Assembly: GCA_000091205.1 (NCBI GenBank)
Contig: AP006489.2
Source: Cyanidioschyzon merolae
Lineage: Eukaryota
Length of the DNA: 64,000 nucleotides
Direction: 5' to 3' (one strand)
The notes under the pieces were generated by a model. That model was given only the letters and a program-made list of their open reading frames with translations, did no database searches and had not been told where the DNA came from. Shown one piece after another: positions 11,719-23,545 of the stretch. The position numbers were made by a program, and so were the translations under genes. Position 1 is the stretch's first letter, and every line of letters starts with the position of its first letter.

Positions 11719-13821
11719 TTAAACCATCAGCTGGTTCGGAGGAACGTTCTCGTCAAATTGATGTTCCGGCTCGCGTTGCTGTTGAATACGGATATCCGAC
11801 GATTCTGCCTTTTTCTGGAGGCGCAGAGACTGGAACGCCGGCTCAAGCAACGAGGGCGACGCGTCACAGGATGTTTCGTCTGTACCGGCTCTTGTAACCG
11901 TACCGTCGATCTCATTTTCCGAGACGGCGGCCAATATGCTACTATATTTGCGATGAAGCGTGGCAAGATTGTTCTGAATAAAGACCTTGTGATCCGTTAA
12001 TCGCTCAACTACCAGAAGAAGGGAATCATTTGCCGAATCGTATTCAGCCTGTGTGCTCGCAGCAAGCGTTCGCCATTCTGTTCTTGCATGCTCTATGGCT
12101 TTCTGGCTGTTCGCTACGGTTTCCTGGATATTGTTTCGAAGATCGCAAATTTCCTCTTGGATTCGAGCATTCTTCTCCGAAGCGTCTGCGAGTCTCTTAG
12201 CGAGAGACTCGCGCTCGGCATTGTAGGTATTTTCGAGCCGTTGGAGCTTAGCTGTAAGGACGCGATTGTTTTCGCGCTGTAGTAATATTTTCTCCTCCAC
12301 CATGCGGATCGCGTCTTGCAACTCCAGTACTTCGCTATTCAATCTCTCCAGGTTCTCAGTTACCTGTTGCATATGCTCACGCAAGGCATCCTGTATAGTA
12401 GAATGAATTTTTTGAGCGTCGGCACTGCTAATGTTCTTGTCGATCGTAGAGGGCAGAACACCGTTGAGTGTGCGTGTTTCCTGGACTCCAACGCGTTCCA
12501 CAAGCGCGTGAATCCGGCGCAAAAGCTCATCTATCTTGCCTTGCAATGTCTCCTTGTCGCACAAAAGTTCTTTTCGACGTGCTTCTTCTTCTTCGCGCTT
12601 TTGCTGGGCGCGGTCGAGCGCCGCTCGCAGTTCGCGACGGCGACGCGATATACGCTCTACGTCGATGGATAAGTTTTGCTGCGCTTCCATTTTGTCTTTG
12701 AGTCCTTTCAGTTGCTCTATAAGACTGGTGACCTCTCTGGCTTTTTCCTGGACTTCCTCTTCGCGCTCGGCTAATTTTTTCTCCAGCATACTCTTGTGGG
12801 CCGTCAACTGTGCAATGAGTTTCCGAAATTTCTCGATATCCGAAAGGTAATCTTCCCTTCGTTGGCTCAGGTCAGAGATCCGGGACTCATTCTCTGAAAC
12901 CGCCAACTGTGCTCGCTGTAGCTGATTTTCGAGGTTTTGCATCTGAAGTTCAAGGTCGCGCGAGCGAGAAGTTGCAGCCGAATTGCGGGAGCTAAATACT
13001 CCTTCGAGCTCATTGTCAAACTCTTCAAAATCGTCCGAGCCTGCGAGGAATGAAGAATATGTGGCAGAGACGTATTCGAAGAAAACCTCCTCATCTGCTC
13101 GCGCTTTTAATTCGATGGATGCCTCGTCGTCAGCAGTTGTCTCTGCCTCGGGATCGGCCGCTCCATCGAGAATACCGACAGAAAACATGATGCGCTTCAT
13201 CTGCCGAGTTTTGATAGCGCTGTGTTCCACATCGAAAATCAGCAGCTCCACGAGCCAGGCCAAGCACCCGAGCAGCGTTGGCCAAGTGTGTGGGGACCCT
13301 ACCGCATAGAGCGCAGACTTGCTCACGTTAAAAGGGTATTTCAAGCGCTTCAGCAAGACCGGAACTTCGTCCTCGAACTTGGACGTCCACTGAAAATGCG
13401 GGTCAAGCCGTCGAATCAGAAAAGTAAAAATGGACTGAAAATCCTTTGCCGAAGGGCTCGACAGAGTCTTCAGAGAAACCGGATGGTCATAGTGGTGCTC
13501 TGTCAAATAGCAAATTAAACTCTTCATGCAAGCTTGCATATACTGTCGATCGGAGAGAGGTCTCGGATCGGTGCGCATGCCAGTGACCCCATATGAAACA
13601 GACTTAACGCTTTTCATCGTGCTTGCTGGCGTTCGCGGAACTGTGTTCTCGCAGTCGAAAGCCGTCGTCTGCAGACGCGCCCCCGGGCCCAAGGACATCC
13701 TCCTTGGGTTCGGCTGCCACTTCGTCGCAGACAAAGTGGTCGCAGACATTGGACCGGGGGCCTCAAGTTGCCGAAGCTGCTCTGCGAACATAAGCGGCGT
13801 GCTCCCACCAAAGCAGCACAA
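11719..13821 (-). CDS. NDC80: Kinetochore protein NDC80/HEC1
   Basis: The N-terminal calponin-homology region 'DPRPLSDRQYMQACMKSLICYLTEHHYDHPVSLKTLSSPSAKDFQSIFTFLIRRLDP' matches the NDC80 CH domain. The rest is long coiled coil (heptad-rich, E/K/Q/L-rich). The start is probably the internal Met at about 13749. Confidence 0.85.
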   Translation of the reverse strand: MCCFGGSTPLMFAEQLRQLEAPGPMSATTLSATKWQPNPRRMSLGPGARLQTTAFDCENTVPRTPASTMKSVKSVSYGVTGMRTDPRPLSDRQYMQACMKSLICYLTEHHYDHPVSLKTLSSPSAKDFQSIFTFLIRRLDPHFQWTSKFEDEVPVLLKRLKYPFNVSKSALYAVGSPHTWPTLLGCLAWLVELLIFDVEHSAIKTRQMKRIMFSVGILDGAADPEAETTADDEASIELKARADEEVFFEYVSATYSSFLAGSDDFEEFDNELEGVFSSRNSAATSRSRDLELQMQNLENQLQRAQLAVSENESRISDLSQRREDYLSDIEKFRKLIAQLTAHKSMLEKKLAEREEEVQEKAREVTSLIEQLKGLKDKMEAQQNLSIDVERISRRRRELRAALDRAQQKREEEEARRKELLCDKETLQGKIDELLRRIHALVERVGVQETRTLNGVLPSTIDKNISSADAQKIHSTIQDALREHMQQVTENLERLNSEVLELQDAIRMVEEKILLQRENNRVLTAKLQRLENTYNAERESLAKRLADASEKNARIQEEICDLRNNIQETVANSQKAIEHARTEWRTLAASTQAEYDSANDSLLLVVERLTDHKVFIQNNLATLHRKYSSILAAVSENEIDGTVTRAGTDETSCDASPSLLEPAFQSLRLQKKAESSDIRIQQQREPEHQFDENVPPNQLMV

Positions 13822-14871
13822 CGGGAATCCATCCCTGGGGACTGTGCGTTTTTGAATTTTTGAACGGCTCGATCAGCCGCGGCGCCGGTACCCTGGGTCG
13901 CTTCTGCGACAGCGCCATTGAAACGCACGCCATGCTCATGGTGCTGAGACGCTTTGTTCTGGGTTCTACCAAGCAGAACACGCTACAATGTTTGTGTCCC
14001 ATGTATGGGGAATAACAATAGGCGACAAGCAAGGAAACAAAGTGGGATTTATCTGCCCGAAACCGATGATAAACAGGAGAACCCGACGGACAGAGAAAGA
14101 CCGTTTCTTCCAGCGCAACGGCTTCAACGGTGTGCCTCTGGGCTCGGCACCGTGCTCTAAACGAAAGCAAAGGAGGAATAAATTCCGTTCCGCACCATTT
14201 TATCTGCAGAATGTTGTGATGATTGTACGCTTTCGGCCAGAATCTTTTGTTGAATCTGCACGGCGTGCGCGAGACTCGGAGGAGATAGAGTTCGTGCGGA
14301 AGCACGGCGTATCCCTTGTCAAGCGAGCTACTGGGTACTTAGCGAGAGGCGTGCGAGATAAGGCCAGCCATGATATGGCCTGTGTTGTTTTTCTTTTCGG
14401 CACGGGGTCCATTGTATTTCTTCTCCAACTCATCAACTCGATACCATGTGCCTCTACAGCGTTTGAGCTCTTTGGCGTCATATCCGCATCGCTCATTGCT
14501 TGGAAGTCTCTAATGCGACTGAGCAGCGTAAATGGTAAGAATTCGAGCAAGGGGACCCAGCCTTGGGCCGAATTTTTCAGAATCCGCAACCGGCCATAGA
14601 CTCTTTCGTCGTAGCGGATCAGGATGCAGCGAAAGTCGTGGGATTCGGTTTCTTAGGGTGCGTGAGCGACGAGTCCACCCATGTCCCCTGGAGCGCGCCA
14701 TTTCCTCTTGCGGCTAGGGAGAAGCGTCTGATTCGTCAGCTTGCGGCAGCAGAAAAGCACAAGACTCTGTACATATTGGTTTTTGCCTGATGTCCTTATC
14801 AGAAACACAGCCCATGCACCAACAAAAACATAAAGCAAGCGTTTCCCAAATCAGCCCTCATCCGCCGGTTT

Positions 14872-15981
14872 CTAAATAGCATCTTTCACTAGAGGCTCGT
14901 GAAAGGTTTTGTGCAGCCTTGCAGATTTAAGCGGGCCAATACCAGGAACAGATGCGAGCTCTTCTGCGCTAGCCGTAAGCACCCTGCGTAGGCTGCCAAA
15001 ATGTCGCAGAAGAATTGCGGCATCCGCCCGATTCACCGCGCGAGAGTTTGTAAGGAACGCTGCTGCCCGATGGAAAAGCAGATCTCCTCGCTGTACCGAG
15101 TCACCGGAGCCTTCGATGCGCGTCTCAGAGCCTCGGGGCCCCAGCAACGGACCTTGTAAACTGTCCGATGCCTTACCTTCTTGGACTTTGTAGCTCTCGA
15201 GTATTCGTGCTGCCTCGTCCAGATTCCATGCCACCATTAGAGTCAGCTCTTGAATGAGGCACATTTTCTCTAGCTTGGCGAGTGGCGATCCCTCCGGGAT
15301 TCCATCCTCACTCGCTCCGGAACCGAAGAAGACGCCGCCCTCGCTGTCCATCAGAAGCAAAAGTATTCGCAAGCGGAAGGATCTTCGTCCAAGCTTCCGA
15401 ACTCTATCGTATATATAGTCCGGTCGCAGAAGGTGAAACTTCATTGAAAGGAAGAAGGCGCAGGTATAGCTACCCAGAAGAAAGTCTGCGAAACGGAACT
15501 CCCCAAACTTCCACGGAACGTCCCGAAAGTGTTTCAAGAGCGGGTTACCTCTTTGAGTAAGGCTTACAAGTATATGCGATTTCGACTGCGCCTGTAGAAC
15601 CTCAAGCTGGCGAAGAAAATCAACGCTTCCACTAAAAGCCGCAAACTCAACTGACTTCGGCGAGCTTGACGCGTTGAGATCCAGGGCGCCTGGCAGTTCT
15701 TTGGCTCTAGTGGGTGCGTAACCATGATTTGCACTCCTTTCTCTTATGGTTTCAATCAAGTCGACACTCTTTGCGGAGCGTCTCGCCCGTTTGGCGCCTG
15801 GAGAAGTGACTGCGTGCAAGCTCGACTGCGTGCCGCTGCGTGCTGGACTTGAACCGGCAGCGGCAGAGGAGTCTGCACACGTTTCCGTTCGGCTGCATTT
15901 TGTTTGCTTCATCGTTGATGTACCGTTTCTTCCGCACAGTTGCGCCTTCCGTGTGCTCGTCTTGCCGCAAGTTCGCTGCAA
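14872..15981 (-). CDS. ERCC1: DNA excision repair protein ERCC1/Rad10
   Basis: 'ILVSLTQRGNPLLKHFRDVPWKFGEF..DFLLGSYTCAFFLSMKFHLLRPDYIYDRVRKL' is collinear with human ERCC1 '[60 protein letters not shown]'. A C-terminal (HhH)2 'SVPGIGPLKSARLHKTFHEPL' is also present. Confidence 0.85.
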   Translation of the reverse strand: MQRTCGKTSTRKAQLCGRNGTSTMKQTKCSRTETCADSSAAAGSSPARSGTQSSLHAVTSPGAKRARRSAKSVDLIETIRERSANHGYAPTRAKELPGALDLNASSSPKSVEFAAFSGSVDFLRQLEVLQAQSKSHILVSLTQRGNPLLKHFRDVPWKFGEFRFADFLLGSYTCAFFLSMKFHLLRPDYIYDRVRKLGRRSFRLRILLLLMDSEGGVFFGSGASEDGIPEGSPLAKLEKMCLIQELTLMVAWNLDEAARILESYKVQEGKASDSLQGPLLGPRGSETRIEGSGDSVQRGDLLFHRAAAFLTNSRAVNRADAAILLRHFGSLRRVLTASAEELASVPGIGPLKSARLHKTFHEPLVKDAI

Positions 15982-16478
15982 ACATCCGCTTACATGCGTG
16001 GTGCGTAGCTGCTAGTGTTCGGGTAGCCTTTCAACTCCACTCTGTACCCCTTCCGCTGCGACGGGCATGAGTCGAGCGAAATCAGTGTGCAATCTACCTC
16101 ATAGATCGTAGATGAGTTGCCTGCAGAATTTATTTTCTCTTCTGAATAGTACAAGTTTGACTGCATTCCTCATTCATACAAGTCATATCACAGTATTCAG
16201 ATGGTTGAGAAACACTGAAAGAAACAAGAACTCGCGCTTCCCGCCAAGAAGCGATATTCTCATAGCGTGTTTGCGGTCCATTGTAGAGAACGACCCGTGG
16301 ATCACCTAACGGGAACCGAACGCAACGATGGTTGCCAACACGGGTGTCCTTGCTTTCCAACACATTGTTCTTGTGGTCCTAAAAGCTCCGGAATACAGTC
16401 GGAAATGATGGCCAATATCATCACCGTGATTTTGCACCCAAATCGCGACGAAAGAGTCTCTGAAATGCTGCGGTCGTT

Positions 16479-16978
16479 ATGAAGCGCGCAGGACGTCATT
16501 TTCCTTCAGTCGATGAGACTTCCTTCGTACGAAACGGTCGATGCCTATATGGGTATTCGTGGAGAGGGAGCTCGATTTACGTACGATCGAGCTCGAAGAG
16601 AAAGAACTCAGCATCTGCTCAAGCTGCAGTGGACTATTCGGCGGCCTCCTTTTTGCTCGTAGGTATTGGCATGTAAGTCGAGGATCCTGGAGGCTCGTCA
16701 TCACCGGCTGAAGAAATAAAACGAAAAAATCCTCTTCTTGCCCACCGTCGCGCGAAGAAGTGCAAGCGGAGAAGAAGAAGAGTGGATATAGGCCGGAAAA
16801 TGCTTTTGCCTGTCAAGACGATGACGAGACTGTTTTGTTAGAGAGGGTGCGAGTTCTGAGAATCTTTGCACAGATGAGTTCATCCAGCGGCAATAAATGC
16901 AAGGTGTTCATGAACCGAGACCTAAACGCCGCCATCAATATCAGACAATGTGTGCTGCTGAAGACGAGACTCGAGTAG
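16479..16978 (+). pseudogene. Degenerate TnpB/Fanzor-like (RuvC-like RNA-guided nuclease family) gene remnant, frameshifted
   Basis: A RuvC-II plus zinc-finger signature 'SVDETSFVRNGRC' sits at 16506-16544. A textbook RuvC-III signature 'CKVFMNRDLNAAINIRQ' sits at 16898-16945 in a different frame, and I verified its codons directly. The two motifs are about 130 codons apart, as in TnpB/Fanzor. No intact ORF spans both. Confidence 0.5.
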
Positions 16979-19487
16979 CTGGTGGAATCTAACTTTGTGC
17001 TCAAGCCTTTCAGGCTCGAAGAATTTAGGGAAAAACTAATGCTGGCAGAAAGCGTCCTGTCAAAAAAGCTGGGAAGCGCCAGTGGGTGAGTGTATATTCA
17101 CCCTACATGATCAGGGACATTTTCTGCATCACAAACAACGTATGTTGAAGCGGTCGGTATACTCAGAGCCATGATTTCTGGAACACCTTAACACACATGC
17201 TATGTTAGTTTTGCTTGTTTTCTCACGGCCGGTCGGCTCCAGGAATGTAGTCTTTCCATTAGAGAAAACCTGCGGAGAGAATTCGTGCTGTCTCTGCTAA
17301 CTTGGGCAAAATGGCTTACATCTACAAGTGAGTCACTCTACAGCCTCCAGACGAATTAACCACCCATATAGCAGTCCTTATCCTAAACAACGCTCGCCCA
17401 AAACAGATTGCATGAAACTCCTTCTGCACGACTCTCTCATAATCATTCCACCCCATCCCATATGATCTCCTAGCAATGCTACAAAAGCAGCCAAAAATGT
17501 GGAAGGTTTCAGTATCGTTGGTTCTATCGGAGTTGAACAGATTCGGAATGATAAACGGAAAGACGCGCTCAAAACGGAGAGCTTCGAGCTCCGAATAACA
17601 AGCACTACCGACTTTGTATTTAAACGCAAACAACAACTATAGTTGCCACGAATGTTCGTCTCCCTCGAAGAGAATTCATTCGCGAGAATAGTAATACTTC
17701 TATTTGGGTGCTCAGAGAGGGCAAACCTCTGTCTTTAACGCATCGACACGGGAGCATGACGAATATATCAACCAAAGCCGCAATGTGGTCGTGTGGTCAC
17801 CTACAGATCGCCAAACGGACATGATCGTTCAGTCCCTAGCCCTTCCTCGAGACACATTTCATGGCTTCTCTTTCGCACATTCTTGTCGTCTGCTCCGAGC
17901 CAATGTCGCTTTTCCTCATGTAACAGCTGTAAAGGAGTACCCAGCTCAGATCGACTTTGAGCTGCGTTTTATACGGACCTATTCTCCCCGGTCCGATCCA
18001 GACCATGCCGTCTTCTCTACTCTTAAATGCCATATCCATGCTCAAAAATGACAAGCGGACTCATTTGCATCCATGGAACCGATATATGAAGGACGCCGTC
18101 ATGCATCGTATGGCACCTCTTCGGTGGAAAGCTCGCTCAGCATCTGCTGCATTTACGCTCCGCGCCAGTCCTTCTTCGTCGGGGTTCTGGACGCAAAGCG
18201 TTTACGTGTCCACATTCGCCTGAAAATTTTTAATCAAAACTTCGATCGACAAATGATGCTCTAGACATAAGAGACAACACAACGAAGTAGTAGGATAAGG
18301 GCTTTGGATACATGCATCTTAGGATACTTAACACGTCGCCGCGCCAGGTCTGCGATCGGAATATCTACAGCGATGGTATCAAAACGTGGCAAACCACTCT
18401 CACATACCGAGACCGTATCCGCGTCGGTCTCGAGCTGTTCATGAAGCGCACCGTGTAGCCGTTCTAGCCTCACCTAGCAGGCCGAGACACGGAGGGATCA
18501 GCGGAAGGGATCCTTGTGTGTCGATAAAGGCAATCGACGTGCTGGTCCTGGCAGTGGAGGTCGAGATGGCAAGGTGTCGGAAGAGGATGTTGCACAGAGT
18601 GCGACAGTCGCATCCGATCGTCCGAGCTCACCGTGTTGTTCTCCACCACAGAAATATGCACGTCGTATTCAAAGAGTTTTCAGCACCTTGATGCACCCCC
18701 CTTTGCAACTTCCGGCCCGACGTTTTCCCCGAACAGAGCCTTCCGGAGCAGATCAGGTTCTCTTTCCGAATGCGAGCTATATCGCGTATCCAAGCTTCTA
18801 TTAGATAAGCCTCTCGTGTGTCAAATCAAGACTCGCCTTATCAGCGTAGACGCTTCCGCCCCGAGCGACATTCTCAGCGAAGTGTGGCTGGTTTCTGCGG
18901 GCAAGTGTGGAGAATACGAACACTTTCGCTAAGAGAATAGAGGGTTCGCTCATGTTTTCTGGTTTCCAGACGGGAATGGAGACAATACTAACACAAACAA
19001 TGTATACTTTCGGAATATCAAACTGCACGTACTTCGTGGGACCTATGTCTGAAACAGTCTGCGAGAATCTTTCTGACCCGTTCAGGATAATTGATGAGAA
19101 GAGTGGACAGTGTGTTTGCATCTCAGGCATAAGAGCACGAACGGCCTCACAGTACCTCTGAAGGAAGATAGCGAAGCCAAAGTTCTGAACGGATAGCAGA
19201 TAAAAGTTTCTGGCTGTTCCTGGGCTCGGGATCATAGAGTCTGTGGTGTTTCGGAGCGGAGGAGCCATACAACCAAAAGTAATGACAGCGTCAGGACCCA
19301 GCTCGACGCTCAAGAACACTGTATTGACCTGTGGAAGCCTTGCACGATTTATTCAGAGAGTAAACGATCGCTCAAGTTCCTAATGCGTACGATCCTTGAC
19401 AGAAATAAATAAAACAATGTTGGGGTCAACGTCCGCTTCCATTGCACCGACGGAGGAAGCGTCCATATACCCATTAGTTCAGTCAGT

Positions 19488-19850
19488 TTGAAAACGGAAA
19501 GAACCGAGAAGTCGCTTCATCTGGTGGTAGGCGATGGCGCTGAATATGCTCTGGTGCGCAAAGCCTGCATTCTGGCTCCTGAAACTAGAGCATTCAGTAA
19601 GTGCAGGAACCAAGTCTGTGCGATTCCCGTCGATTATAGAAGGATGACAAACACGCCTTACGAGCGAGATTGCATGCCGAAACTGGAAGGCGAGTTCAAC
19701 ATGAAACAGAGGCGTTTGTATACGATGGTCTACAGGAGGCTGATCGAACATCAGACTGCGAGGAAATCGAGAATGAGGAACCTGCTTTTTGATGATTCCA
19801 GCAGCAACAATGCGTACCAGCACATTCTGCAGCGAGCATTGATCGCCTAG
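19488..19850 (+). pseudogene. Diverged paralog of the 242-aa RuvC-like protein encoded in the 22.3-24.5 kb palindrome
   Basis: Protein alignment: 'LVVGDGAEYALVRKACILAPETRAFSKCRNQVCAIPVDYRRMTNTPYERDC' against 'LVVANGAGRWASKKGTTPAPSTRTYKECARRFATIPVDEFRTSYTLHELGC', and 'RMRNLLFDDSSSNNAYQHI' against 'RMKFVNRDFNAPINKSR'. The catalytic E is replaced (VDY), so it is probably inactive. Confidence 0.4.
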
Positions 19851-22332
19851 ATCATTTTCCGGAAATTTCTCCTGCTTCCCGGGCGTTCAGTGGCCTTGTA
19901 TCGAGCGAACTTTCGAACGATTCGATTAGTACTCAGAGTGAGCATTCCGCTGGAATGTGGAAGACATTAGATCAAGAAGTTCAATAGCAAGGAGAGTGGA
20001 AATTTGATGCTCGCCCATGTGAAGGCACAGGTATGGTACGGTACAACAATCTAGCCAGGCTTGGGCGCCAAGCACGAGCGACGGAAACGGCTTTTCCTAG
20101 CAATTGATAGAATATAATGGTGTTCTGTTCTTAAATAATACTGAATATTGCATAAACAAGTGCAAAAATATCGAACGCATGCATCTATGCAGCCATGGCA
20201 CACGATTCGCTGCGAGGCCGGCTGCGGTGCCTCTCGTGAATGGTAAAGGGTCGCTGAATGTAAACCAGGATCTGCAAGTCTTTTTGGTGCGCTTGATCGT
20301 CTAAACCACCGGGGGATCAGCAATTTCGAGAGCGATATCGGCTTCCGAGAAGGCGTCCATTTTTCTGTATCAAAACTCCAAAGTCTACCAGCTACCGCCT
20401 TAGCTTCTCATTCGAGACATTAGTCTGTTCGCGGCATCATCCGAGTACAAAGTCCTCCAAGAGCGTCCACTGTTACCGTCTACATGGCCGCGCTACCGAT
20501 CACGCCCGAAGAGAGGACTGCTTTGCCATACGCTTGTCGGCCTGGGGCTTAAGCTCTCGAATACGTCGTAATATTTTCCAGCAAGCTCACGTTGCAGTGC
20601 ACAGAGACCGCCTCGCATGAACCACTTTTGTACGTTGAATCGAGGGTCTTGACTAGTGTCGACCGTATTACAGCTGTTTGCGGATCATGGAATGTTACCT
20701 ATTTTGACCTCGAGGTGACTATTTGTGGCAACACCGGTGTCTAGGCATGCGGTAGCGCTCCTCGGGCCGTAGGACGCTTTTACCCTATCTTGTGTTTCGC
20801 TTCCATGTCCCATAATGTATAGGCAGAAGCGTTGAACGTTTCACACAGAATACGCAGCCATGCAACGTGTGAAAATTGGAGTCGACTCCTAAGCGTATTG
20901 CAGTAGCATGAAGAAACAACAGAAGCTCATGTTAGTTATCTCATTCGAGATAAAGACGGGTTACTGGATTTTGCAGTCATGTAGTTCGCGAAGAGGCTTC
21001 AGGATCCTTTTTAAAAGGGACAAGGCACATGCCTCGTCTTGAAATACTGGTTCATGTCCACAACGCGTTTGTCGGCCAACGACCATTTATTATGTGTTTG
21101 ATCCTCGAAGCGAAACCAATACTGGACTCTGCATAGTCAATGGCAAAGCATTCGCTCTAGTGTCAGATTTCGGTATGAGTAAATCTTTTGCTCCAGGGAC
21201 CGAAGATACGGTTCCGCACCACATCCCGATACGCTGGTGTAGTGGCCACCTTAAGGGACCACGTGCAATGGTGTGTCCATTGCAGACGTAAAACCTAGAA
21301 TCTCAGGGACTCGCTCGCGGAGCCGTGCTCCCGCAGTGCATCGTGCAATGTCATGTTGGTCGAAGACAGTATTTTCTGTCTCTCCAATGCTGCTCGAGAA
21401 ATGAAACCCATCCCTTCTTCGCATGAAGTGCATGTGTGTTGGGTTCTCAGTGAGGTAGGCATTCATCAAGAACCCCCAGCTGATCTAATAAGGAACACTC
21501 AGGTGCGCTCTTGGGCCAAGCATGAAGCTATATCGTCCGTTGAAAACTCCCGGCGGTCGTTCGATTCGCAAGCACCTTCCCTTATTCTATAATACGCAGT
21601 TGTTGTGTCCTCGTCCACGAATCCAAAAATTACGCTGGATTTTCGTGACCCGGCCTGGCGGTCTGTAGAATGTGTACTCGCGCTGGAGTCTGCGACGTGT
21701 CTGTTTTTAACAATACCTTCGATATGGGAGCTCATGCGCAAAGCTTGATCAAGATTGCTCAACTTGAGCATCGCATGCATAGGGACGGCAATCACGACTT
21801 CAGGCTCTCTACGAGACGTAATTATCCGTTCTTCAGTGCGAGTCTCCGACTGAGGTGACAGGGCGTTGATCGCTCGGCCAGAAGGCGGCGACCCGACAAT
21901 GCAGCAACGCACGTGAAAGCAGGCACGTTCACTCCCCAGAATGCACTGCGCAGAGTGTAGCTCCTGGACCATGGAGTCCTCCTCGAACAGAGGCCCTAAC
22001 AAGCCCGTGGGAAAGGTTGCCGAATCCGAATAAACCACTTCGACATTGGACCAACACCGAAGTTTTGTTAAATCTGCATATACTTGGTAAAGCGCAGCGT
22101 ACCAGCGCTCTGGAGGCGAGTCCACACAGCTCTTCGCAAGACGAATCGCATCGTGCCCAGCCAGGAAACTGCTCCGGTCTCGTTCCGCAACACTGTCGCT
22201 TTCCACCTCTACCATAAAGAAAAGCGCGCTCTCGCAGGTTCGAAATGCCGGACTTTCCAGCCCCAACGATTGACTCGGAAAACGTCCGATTCGATGAACC
22301 TGACTGCTTGGAGCCGCACGCACGCACGGACA

Positions 22333-23300
22333 AAACGCCTTTCAAAAGAAAAATGCTGTCGCCGGCCGTGTACAGGAGTGGCGAATGGTGCGCCCTAGAC
22401 TAGACATCTCCAACCGACGTGCAGACGCCTCCCAGTGCTTTTGGAGCGGCCACCTACTACTGCTTCCAATTGTTTCTCATATAGTTCGACTTTGAGAGGT
22501 TCTCTTACAAAGTTCTCTCTTGTCCATTCTGGAGGACTTTTCTCTAGTACCGCACATCTACTTTTATTGATAGGGGCGTTAAAGTCTCGATTCACAAACT
22601 TCATTCGTTTCTTGCCATCACTGGTTGTACTTACTAATGGAAGTAGTCCACGAACTTTCGCCCTCCTTTCCATTTGCTCTTCCGTTAGCGGTCCGTACTT
22701 TTTTATATCCTCAGGGCTCTGCTGACACTTTTCCATCTCGACCCTCTGAAGTGCACACCCCAGTTCATGGAGTGTATAGGACGTTCGGAACTCATCTACA
22801 GGTATCGTAGCGAAACGCCTTGCGCACTCCTTGTACGTTCTTGTTGACGGAGCTGGCGTAGTCCCTTTTTTGGACGCCCAGCGCCCTGCTCCGTTTGCTA
22901 CAACGAGCCTCTCACTCTCGTCCTTCTTGAGGGCGCTCAACTCATTGAAAAAGTTCGCGAACGCCCGCTGCTTTTCACAATACAAATTCATTCGCAAACG
23001 AGCCCACCGGGGCTTTGTGCATTCTTTCCAAAGGCTCTCGTCATGAGCAGCGTGAATTTTCATAACCTCTCGAAAAGCTTCAATGTCGGCTCCCCGGCTC
23101 GTCACATGGCTGATCGCTTCCAAATTCCCTTAACACCTGAATTCGATGTCTCACTTTTCTTCCTTGCATTCATTATACGGGATTCTCGATGGTATCTCGC
23201 TCATGAGAGCATCAACAGACTTATGTCTTTCTGACGTAAGTTACCATCAGTACCATCTTCCGCACGCTTGGGTGCTGCGACAGTTATGATATTTGTGTTC
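22333..23300 (-). repeat. Left arm of inverted repeat
   Basis: Reverse complement of 23546-24513. The outer boundary is defined where the flanks diverge: left rc '...GAAAGGCGTTTTGTCCGTG' against right '...GAAAGGCGTTTGTTTTCGG'. Confidence 0.7.
22395..23123 (-). CDS. Compact (242-aa) RuvC-like TnpB/Fanzor-related protein, copy 1
   Basis: It carries 'ATIPVDEFRTSYTLHELGC' (RuvC-II E plus TS plus Cys) and 'KKRMKFVNRDFNAPINKSRC' (RuvC-III RDxNAxxN). A possible degenerate RuvC-I 'LVVANGAGRW' lies only ~35 aa upstream of the E. An in-frame stop lies 2 codons upstream of the listed TTG start in the (+) copy, so the frame is at most ~245 aa. That is much shorter than known TnpB (~400 aa) or Fanzor. 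Confidence 0.55.
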   Translation of the reverse strand: MEAISHVTSRGADIEAFREVMKIHAAHDESLWKECTKPRWARLRMNLYCEKQRAFANFFNELSALKKDESERLVVANGAGRWASKKGTTPAPSTRTYKECARRFATIPVDEFRTSYTLHELGCALQRVEMEKCQQSPEDIKKYGPLTEEQMERRAKVRGLLPLVSTTSDGKKRMKFVNRDFNAPINKSRCAVLEKSPPEWTRENFVREPLKVELYEKQLEAVVGGRSKSTGRRLHVGWRCLV

Positions 23301-23321
23301 CAAGGGTCCACACCAACGACA

Positions 23322-23460
23322 AAGTCCTTACCCTGCACCTCCTGCATCGCAGGATCCGCACTCTTCTCATCTACATGTTTCGCCTAGCCGTCTACAAGGT
23401 TGTACTTCTCCAACTCCTGCGTCGCAGGATCCGCATCCTTCTCATCTACATCCTTCGCCA
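23322..23460. repeat. Tandem ~65-bp direct repeat (2 units) at the palindrome centre
   Basis: Unit 1 is 'CCTGCACCTCCTGCATCGCAGGATCCGCACTCTTCTCATCTACATGTTTCGCC'. Unit 2 is 'CAACTCCTGCGTCGCAGGATCCGCATCCTTCTCATCTACATCCTTCGCC'. Each contains a GCAGGATCCGC core with a BamHI-site mini-palindrome. Confidence 0.6.
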
Positions 23461-23545
23461 CGGGCGAAGCCGAGGACGGACCAGGAGGCGGGCCCGACAG
23501 CGCTGGAGGTGCAGAAGAACGATTTCTCGTTGGCGTGGACTCTGG

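Noticed and set aside
21499-22345. 274-aa and 138-aa minus-strand ORFs that abut the left palindrome boundary
   Set aside because: They have no recognisable family or motifs. Their composition is typical of random GC-rich ORFs. The listed start (GTG) falls exactly at the repeat boundary, which is probably coincidence. They are left unannotated.
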